Assembly: GCF_009914755.1 (NCBI RefSeq)
Contig: NC_060941.1
DNA length: 64,000 bases
Source of the DNA: the human T2T-CHM13v2.0 reference genome, Homo sapiens
Direction: 5' to 3' (one strand)
Under the pieces are notes generated by a model, which had not been told where the DNA came from, did not search any database, and was given only the letters and a program-made list of their open reading frames with translations. Shown here one piece after another: positions 48,818 through 64,000 of the stretch (its first letter is position 1; every line of letters begins with the position of its first letter). Position numbers and translations under genes: made by a program.

Positions 48818-51800
48818 AGGGTGGGTCCTTGCTGGAAACAGGTCAGGCTTCTGTAGATGCCTTCCCATCCCCCTCCTTTCTCACCAAGAAACCATTGCCC
48901 AGAGTAGAAACCTGTCTGCCCAGGTGATGCAAACCTGGTATAGAAATGCTGGGGATGCCCCTGAATCAGGGAACCAGCCATGTGCCTGGGAGAGACTCAC
49001 TCCCTGCCCTCCTAAATCCTTTTCTTTGTCTCTAAAAGGCCAGCTATCTTTCCCAACCCCACCCAAAGCCTGGATGTTTTGGGGAGAACTTTAAGAACAT
49101 GCCACAGGAAGGACAGAGTCTGAGCTAACTTGTTTCTCAGTGTGGTGGGGGGAGGGGGATGGAGAAAGCAAGGGCGAGGCATGAGCCAGGGCTGGGTTCC
49201 ATGGATGTGTTTTGCCTCAGATTCTATCTTTACCTCACTACTGCTTTTTCCAAGGAAAGGAAACCATAAATATGTATTAAGTACCAACCGTATGCCAGGC
49301 ACTGTGCAAAGTGTTTTGTACACATTATCTCATTTAATATTCACAACAACCCTATGCTGTAGGTCTCATTCTTATTTTAGAGATGGGGAAACTGAGACTT
49401 AGAGAACTTTATTAACTTGCCCAGGGTGCCAGAGGGTCTAGGTGATTAGTCTTGAAGCTGTAATTTGCATAGCACTTAAGACTGAGAAGATGTCCATCAA
49501 AGAATGATAGCGCGGATGGAGATTATTGGAGGGGCTAAATCTCCCCTCTAGCTATCTCTTGAACTACCACTGTCAGCGTCACAATGAAAATGGCAATGCT
49601 GGGGATTCAACCCCAGGCGTGAAGATGAAACTCTTTCTGCTAGCAAGACTGCCCCTCCTAGAGAGATTACTGCCACCCTAGGGGAACGTCTGAGCAGCAA
49701 ACTCATCCTGGTGTTTCCCAAGCAATGGTGATGCTTGGAAGTGGGATATATCACCAAGAACAGAAGCCTGAAGCACCCCTTGTCCCTGTCCCAGGGAGTA
49801 CCTCAGCTTTCCAAAATCTCTCTTTTAACCCCAGGCACATTTCCTCTTCCCCTAAACTCTTCCCACTCCCCGTCCTACATTTCCCTCATCTGGTTCTAAA
49901 AGTAGAAGGGGCAGGAACAGGGTGCACAAACCACAGACTGCTATAGAGGTGACTAACAGAAACAGGCGTCTGAACTCTCTTCTCTACCCAAACCCTCTGA
50001 ATTTGGGGTCTGCTGCTGGTGGTGAGGAGAGTGGGGCAAGTAGGTCAGGGCCCTCTGAAGTCCCATGGTGCTTCATTCCAGGAGCTGTATTAAGAAGATT
50101 GGTTGAGGGAGCGTGTGGAAGGCCACCAAGGACCAACAAAAGTTGTGTCCAAAGCCTTAAGGAAACAGCATCCCACTTCCCCATTTACCTGCTTGAGCAA
50201 CGTGCACCTCTAAAACCAGCCCTTCCGAAAGCCACTGTCCTGGGCCAATGCTTCTTCAGCAGATGCTTTGAAGAACCTGAAGAAGGGTCCCCTCTCTCAG
50301 AACCTAGGATCTCACCCACATCACAGGATCCTGGAGGAGGCATGGATTGTCCTTGGCAGTGGAGACTAAGCCCCAGATGACCCTTTTTCTGGCATCCAGT
50401 ACATGCTCTGCTAAGGCCTCCTGTCCAATCTTTGCCATGCTGCTGGAGCCACAGTGGTATCATCTTCCAGGCCCCTGCACCTGCCCATTGGCTGCCCTTG
50501 AGCCTCTGTAGAACTCAGATGCAGGGAGAATGTGGGGGAGGTGGAGGAAAGGGAGAGGGGGTGCTCTGCATCTGCTTCCATCTCTACCCTTTATCCCAAG
50601 CTCCATCTCAAACCCTCTCCTTATCCAGTGTCTCTCCATCCTTTGGGCCTCTGCAGATCACCATTAGCTGCCTGGGGAGGCCAGAGGCTCATGACAGTCC
50701 TCGTGAGCAGAATGGACCTCGGAGGAGCGGTGGCCTGGGCAGGCATTAGGGGCCTTGTGTAGCTTCTGGGAGGCTTACATAAACACTGGCTGGGATGGGG
50801 AGGAAAGGGGGGTTGCAATGGCTGCCCAGGGAAAAAAGCAACCCCCGCCCGGCCGGCTCAGCCTGAGTGGAAAGAAGGAACAAGGCTTACTTTCCCTCCT
50901 CTCACTCCTCTCCCCTGGTCTGCAGCTGTTAGTCGGGCTGGAAAGACTGCGGTATCTTGGGGGAGGGGGGGCAGGAGAAGGAGAGAGAGAGGATGCGACT
51001 TCACAAATTTGGGATCCCTCCTCCTCTTCTAAATTGGGGGGAGGGCGAGTGGGGAAGAAGCAGTTTGCCAAAGAGATTTTCAATGCCGCAGGAAGCAGCT
51101 TTGGCTCATTAGAATGCGCAGTTTGCACCCTGGAAAAAAAAAATCTGTGCTGGTTGCAAAAATGCAGACGTGTGTAGGGGCCCAGCGGAGATTAAAAAAA
51201 AAAAAAAAAAGCGCTAGCTCTGCAATGCAGGATCTGCGAAGTTTTGGTGCGATGAGGAAATGTGGGTCGTGCTCATTTCATTTGCTTGTTCCTGCTAACC
51301 TACTGTCCCCCTGACTCTAGCATAGTCTCATAGCCCAGCAAGAGGCACCGCAGCTTAGAAATGGGGTCACGAGTAGGGGGCAGAAGCAGAGAGCCAGAAG
51401 TGGGGGTCTGTGGTTAGAGTGCCCAGAGAAGGACCAATGGAGGTTAGAGGGCCAGGCAGATGGAAGGGGGCACTTCAATGAGGGATGGAGGCTGAATTTG
51501 CCTTTTGCACACGCATTTGTTCTGCAGCTACACAGGGGTTATTGGGAAAGCCCTTCTAGGTTTCCTCCAGCCCTCGGCTCTTCCCCATCTCCAAGTAGCA
51601 GAGGGACTTTCCCCTTCCGGTCCACTAACCTCACAGACCACTGTTGCAGAACCTTTGCTTCATGTCCCCAAACACACAAATCCCTGAACTGTCCTTGTTC
51701 TAACCCTGGAGGGGGCACTTGCTGCGTGTGTGTGTCATCCTCCTTCCTAGAAAGAGGGGACAGGGTAGCCTGATTTGGGGAGCCCAGGCTACAGGGAAGC

Positions 51801-52049
51801 CAAGTCTTGGCTCTGGGCAGACATCAACACATCACCATGAGGGCTGGGGTGGGCTGTTCTGTGTTCTTGGCTTGGGAAGGTCCTTTGTTCTTTTGAGGCT
51901 TAGGGTTCTGGGTTGTGAAAACACCAAGGGGCTGCCTGGGAGGAAAATATGCTTGGGGAGACCATGTTTCTTTTCTGGGTGTTTGCTCCCCTGGTGGCTC
52001 AGGAGAGACAAAAGGAGACAGAAGCAGGATAAAGCGCAAGGAGACAAGA

Positions 52050-52380
52050 AGGGAGCCCCGCGCGCTTTCCCTCCTTCCTCATCTTGCCTCCTGTTTCTCT
52101 GGCCCACGGAGGAAGGGGCCCAGTGTGTTTGTGCCGGCTCGAGGCTCACGCGGGCTGCCGGGGTCACATGGCCCGGGCATGTGCAGCCTGCTCCATTTCT
52201 ACCACAACAACTCGCTCATAAACAGCCCGGCTGCTGCGGCGGTGGCGGTGGAGACATGTGCAAGCGAGGGGGTGGGGCACGTGGCCCTGCCCGAGCCAAG
52301 GGAAGGCGCTCGCTCAGCACTGCCTCCACCCCTCCCCAGCACTGGCGCTGCCTCGTCACAGGAAATTCCTAGTGCTCCTG
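52050..52380. promoter_or_regulatory. Upstream NR1D1 enhancer about 7.7 kb from the TSS (E-box cluster)
   Basis: Local CpG enrichment, CACGTG at 52278-52283, several CACATG/CATGTG and CACGCG; position fits a described BMAL1-bound enhancer about 8 kb upstream of Nr1d1. Confidence 0.6.
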
Positions 52381-52496
52381 TTGCTGCTGCAAAACATGTT
52401 TTGGGGAAGTGACTTTCAATAAGGATGGAATCAATGGACTATTTAAAAAGAGACAGAATGGATAATCAGTTAGAGACCGACTTACGCCTGCCCTTA

Positions 52497-53436
<940 letters not shown>

Positions 53437-55964
53437 GATCTGGGGGCATGTCTACCTTCCCCCTTTGTGCTGCTTCATCTCAAAGTCCAGCCACAGGGCG
53501 TAATCAGATTTAGTTTGACTCAGAGTAAAAAGCATTTATTGAGTGCCTCCTGTGTGCAGATTCTGGAAATGCGGGCAAATGGCACAACAGTAGTAGGCTA
53601 ATGAGTAGCTGAGATCTCAAAGAGGAGTGGAAGGTACTGGGTGAGGGGAGAGTGAAAGAAAGAAAAGGTTAGAATTTTATTTGTTTATCCTTTCTCCATC
53701 TTACCTACTTTTCTTCCTGTCCCGAGGCTCCTATTAGAACAAATGATTGTGGCTTAAATTGTTTTGAGGCTGGAGGTAGAAATTAAGCCCTTATCTATTT
53801 TTGCTGGCCATGGGGACCCCAAGTTAGTTAACAGCCATAGGCTCTTGACTTCCCATGAGTAACTAAAAGAAGATGAGGACCATGCACACAGGCACACACA
53901 AACACTCCCTGCGATCTCAGATGCTAGGGTAGGGAGACCAAGAGAAGGAATGAAGTCCCAGAAGGTTGGAAGTTCCCTGGGTAAAATGAGTTTAGCAGAT
54001 AACAAGCAGGAAAAGTCTTTCAATAGGGGAGGGCGGGGTCATCCCTGGCCTACTCCACCTTCCTGAGACCCAGAAACTGTGGCCAGAGGAAACAAAGGGT
54101 CCCTAAGGCAAATCACAAAAGCTCCTGAGAATGAAACCTGAGCCTGGAAAGAGAGTAGAGAATGAGGGATGGACACCAGATCCAAAGGGTTCCCTTACAC
54201 AGGCAAATGGGGGTTAGGGGGTTGGGAGGGATGTGAGCCATGCCCAGCCCCTCTCCTTGGGCCTTCTCTCCATCACAGGCAGTTCTCAGGAGCAGAACTC
54301 CTGTTACTGTCTCAGTCTGAGCAGCTGACTCCTGGCCTCTCCCTGCTTCATTTTTTGAGGAATAAGCTTTTCTCTGATTCTCACAGAGCCCTTTCTTTTG
54401 CTTCTCTGCAAGGCTTTCTCTCTGTGCCTGAAAGGCTCTGGGCTCAAGGAGCAGACAGCCCTGCAGGCTCAACTGCAGTGACCTACATTGGCTCTCCCCT
54501 AGGCCCTGGGTGCGGGGGCTGAGATTTCAAGATAGGAACCTGGGAATCTGGCACAGGTCTACAGATGATGACATCAGGCAGACAGGCTGCAAAAGTGGCA
54601 TTGAGGGACTGGACCCTGAGGCAGGGGATGCCATAGGACTATGTTCTCACTTTGTCATTTGAGGGCTTTTTATGGACAAGAGATCAGAAGAGATCAAATG
54701 CAAAAACACCTGAGCAGTGACCCCTTGGAGAGGAGCCAGTGGTCCCTGACAGGCCCAGTCTCTATTAATGAGATTTGGGAGTGGTTTCTGCCTGCTCCCT
54801 GTTCTTGCTGAACCTACACTGGTCTGCTGCAGGGGACTGGAAAGATGATGTGGAAGAATGAGTTCGGATTTCAGCTGATTTATTTCAGGGAAACGAAGGC
54901 TGGGTAAAAGTCAGATATGCAGAAATCCACGTACTCCCAGGCTTAACTATAATATAGAGACCCTGTATTTCTTTAGACTCAATGGTTCTGAGAAGGATCC
55001 AGAAGGAGCCCTCAAGATTAATTACCATTTACAAAGTCCTTACCTCAGGACCCTGGCAACTGAATCCCTCCTTCCAGCTACCAGCCTTCTGGAACAGAGA
55101 AGGCAGCTTCTGAAATAGGTGCTTTCCCTCTCTCCCACTATAAGCCACAGTGTTTAGGATGACCACTGCTTCCAGATTGTGTGATTTGCCCTGGCAAGGA
55201 AATCCTATTGTGGGGGGAGGAAATGAGGCAGTCGTGACACAAAGTGATGGATGAGCCTTTTGCTTAGCAGAGAGAGAGAGAAAGCCGGCAGGCTGTGCAG
55301 AACTGAGTGGCTCTTGGGTCCAAAGGGCTTCCCCTTGGCCAAGTCCCACCCCAAAGCCCAGGAAGTCCACAGCTTGGCGCCCAGTCAAGGCAAAAACATT
55401 CCTCAGGACTCTGACAGGCTGGGGGATGGTTCCCACCACGAGGATGGGGGAGGGGAAGGAAACACGCGGGGGAGGAAATGACCACAAAGAAGGGGGTGAG
55501 GGTAAGAGGTGGGGAGTGAGTTCTCAGTGCCCTGAGTCCCTTTTAGAGAGAAAGGTTGAGGCTGGACTCATTGGCTTGTGAAGGACTTGCAGCTTCAGAG
55601 CACATGACTTCTGGGTCACCCTTCTGCTCAGGGTCATCCCTGATGACCCAAGGTGTCCTCTGGAGGCTTGTTAACTCAATCTCCCTCCTTACGCAGGGGC
55701 TGTGGTTGAGCTTGGGAGCCCCTGAGTGGCTAAAAGCTGGAATTGCAGTTGTGCTGGGGGAGGAGCCCATCGGGTCTCCCTCTGCCTCTCCACCTCCGCC
55801 CCTCCCTTTCCCTCTCCCTAAGCCCAGGACTCTGGAAATAGCACCTGGTAATGGGAGCGCTGACAGATGCTGAGTTATAGGAGAGCAAATGTCCTGGCTA
55901 GAGTCCTCAACATTCTAGTTTGATCGCTTTTGGGCTGTTTCCCTTGAAAACACGTGCCCCAGCA

Positions 55965-56104
55965 AGGATTGAAAAACTACCTATTGGTACTATGCTCACT
56001 ACCTGGGTGACAGGTTCAGTCATACCCCAAACTTCACCATTACACAATATACCCTTGTAACAAACCTGCATATGTACCCCCTGAATCTAAAATAAAAGTT
56101 GAAA
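55965..56104 (+). mobile_element. L1 3' UTR fragment
   Basis: ...gtaacaaacctgcatatgtaccccctgaatctaaaataaaagttgaaa, typical L1 3' end. Confidence 0.85.
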
Positions 56105-58080
56105 TACACACACGGAAAAATAGGTGCCCCAGGACTACTTCCATTGTCTTCCATAAATTACTGTTTAACATGCCCCTGGGTAGTGTGCTTCCTGGCTACT
56201 GAGATCCCCCTCCTAGGGCTCCCCGGCTTGTAGCTTCTGGACCATTCACTGTCCATGACCCCTATGACCTTGGAGGGAGAAATGGCCCCACAATAATTCT
56301 GATTTTAAATTTACCCCTCCCTACCTGCACTACTTAGTCCTAGTTTTCCTCCTCTGAGCCTTGCCCACAACTCCTTCCCCAAGTCAGCCTCCAACCTTGA
56401 ATGTTCCCTCACCCCCAGTTCCCTACCCAATCCCCCAATCCCACATCTCCTGTAGGGGATAGGAGTGAGGTGAAAAATGGACAAAGCTTAGAAATTTTTC
56501 CAAGGAAACTAGTTCCCTCTGCATGGCTTCCTTTGACCTATTTTCTAACTTTCCCTGGTTAGCCCCCTTGTTCCATGTACCAAGGCTTCCCACTGGACTA
56601 ATTTTTGCTGCCCCGCCCTACTCCTCCTTCCTCCAACATGATCTCCTGGGGCTCTTCCCATCCAGGGAAAATGTTCCCCAGTGCTGAGAGAGGGAGAGAT
56701 TCCATTTTGGAAACTATGTCAGCTTGAGGAGTCCGAGCTCTTAAAGAGACAACTAGAGTGTTGCTGGGGAAGCGGGTAGTGGTAGTGAGCAAAAAGCAGC
56801 TCACCCACCCAGAGGAGGCCCTGTTCCCATCACCCAGCCCATAATTAGGGCATTCTTGGCTCTTGTCTGGAATGGGAGGATCTGAGTGCTCTGCCAACAT
56901 CATGAAGAACTCAACGGGAAATGGAGTTGGAGTAGAGGTAACCAACTTTGCAGCTGGAAATTAAAATTTTATTCAACTCCACCCCCAAGTAATTTTATTT
57001 GATGACATCCTTCTCTTGCATTTGTCTCATCGTTTGATTGTGTAATCCTTAGCCAGGGAGCTATGTAGATATGAAATCATTTTAAACAGAGGCAGCTGCA
57101 TTCCCCTATTGTACCTGAGCCCTCATCAGCTTTCCTCCTCTCAAGCTGCTGCCCCACATTCACCCTGAAGGGGGCACTTTTGTTCAGTCGTTAGCTGGTG
57201 CCAGCTGAAAGCGAGCTCCAGGAAGGAAACATAACAATTGGTCACATGTTGGGGTGAGGGTTCTCGCAGGGGCTGCTGGGACAGGGAAGGGAGGTCCACG
57301 TGGAGTGGGCGGAACGCGCTGAAAGTTTTGGCGGGGCTAGCAGAGGGAGAAAAATACCCAAATTTGAGTTGTGATTTTTAATAGGGGGAAAAAAAAAAGG
57401 CAAGGAGGGTGTGTCCTACCCTCTGAGAGGCCCCCGCAGAGGGGAGCAGGAGAGCAGCACACTAGCATCCTGCTCGCGGAAGCCTGGAACGCAGGACATG
57501 GTTTCTGCCAGAAAGAGCTGAGCCAGGCCAGGCTGCGGAGCTGGAAGCCTCTGTGGCTCCACGCTGGCTTCCCATCCCCCATCCTCCCGGAGAAGGCAAA
57601 GGTGGCCTCTCCAACTGTGGTGTCCTTTCAGTGTCACAGGACTGGGGTAATACCAGTCACACAACTCCAGTCTCTATTTACCTTTCCGAGAGCTTCAGGA
57701 AACCACCCAGATGAATCCTCTTTCCCTGGGGAGTGGCCAAAACAAGTCTCCTCTTTTTTCTACCTACTTCTGCCCCACTGTTAGCTGGAAAACGTAGCTT
57801 TATACAGTCATAAAGCTGCAAGGGACCTTAAAGATGATTTATTTCCATTTTATTTTTTGGTCTGGGAAAACCAAGCCCAGTCAAGTGAAAAGTCTTGCTG
57901 CATCCTCTTTCCACGACATAGGCATTCCCTTCAAAGAATGTAGGTCATAGAAATGGAATTCTGCCATTCTATAAGCCTTAGAGGGGTGGTGAAAGTATTG
58001 GCTTTTAACTCTTTCCATACTCTTAGCCAGAAGGCAAAAAGAATGGTCATTATCTCATTAGGGACAGAATTGCTTAGGGA

Positions 58081-59260
<1,180 letters not shown>

Positions 59261-59956
59261 AATTGGGCTAGAGAGGAAGAAAACATATAATTTATTCATG
59301 GAATTGCCAGCTGGTTAGTCTTAGAAATTTGACGGTAAAGCCCTCCTTCTCCCTCACCCCACTTTCTATTGATCAACAAATGCTGCCAATTAGTAATAAT
59401 GTGATAACTACATTATCAAGCATTACTAGGTGCCACATGCTATGATAAACATTTTACATGGATTATCTCATTTAATCCTCACAATAACCCTGTGAAGTAA
59501 GGTATTAGTATAGTCATTTTACAGATAAGCAACCTGAGGTAGAGGTTAAATAACACACAGCCACTAAACGGGAGAACTGTGATTGCTATTTGCAGTTTCA
59601 CACCAGAAACTTTGCTCTTAACAGCTGAGTCTCCTCCTGTCATTCCCTCTATATCCCCATACTACTAGTATCTTAACCACTCATCATCTCACACCTGCAC
59701 TAACAGCCTTCAAGTTGGCCTCCGGCTTTTGGTGCAGAGACGCAAATATTGAAGTTAGCTTTCAGATACACAAATCTAATCATTCTATACTTTGGTGGAA
59801 ATCCTCTGATGTTTCACCAAGGCTGATAAATTATACATTCCTTAACTGGGCCTTCAGACCTTCATAATCTGGTCTCAATCTGTTTTATCCCCTACATGCC
59901 CCACTATCCAGAACTACACTCCAATGAACTTCTCCCATTTTCTACAGTTACATCCT

Positions 59957-61538
<1,582 letters not shown>

Positions 61539-61629
61539 CTATTTTTTAATAGAACTGCCACCCTCAGTCAAGCTAAAGGTCAAAGGTAGGTAGATGCTTT
61601 CTCTTAATATATCTAAACAGCTCATTTAA

Positions 61630-64000
<2,371 letters not shown>

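Overview
Mammalian (human-type, Alu-rich) genomic DNA containing the THRA/NR1D1 locus. THRA is on the + strand: CpG-island exon 1 ends at 6977, coding exons run 18374-33343 for TRalpha1 (410 aa), and the alternative exon 10 ends at 37267 for TRalpha2 (490 aa) and TRalpha3 (451 aa). NR1D1/Rev-erb-alpha (614 aa, 8 exons, CDS 43981->36968) is on the - strand, and its last exon overlaps THRA exon 10 antisense (263 nt, 200 nt of it coding on both strands). All coding-exon splice junctions were read from the sequence and the exon lengths sum to intact frames. The rest is intronic or intergenic, with circadian cis-elements (E-boxes, D-box, RORE/RevDR2), many Alus, MIR/L2/MER5A/L1 fragments and microsatellites. 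Least explained features: (1) two independent retrocopies built as 5' leader + full tRNA + U-ending 3' trailer + full-length Alu, i.e. apparent pre-tRNA-Alu chimeric retroposons (one has a clear shared TSD and a UGA-reading TCA anticodon on an Arg-tRNA body); (2) the TRalpha2 3' end and candidate poly(A) signal lie in an L2 3' terminus; (3) paralogy makes THRA exon 9 and exon 10 a colinear imperfect inverted repeat covering TRalpha2 splice sites; (4) a 190-bp templated inverted duplication inside an Alu. No database or tool was run; repeat boundaries are approximate.
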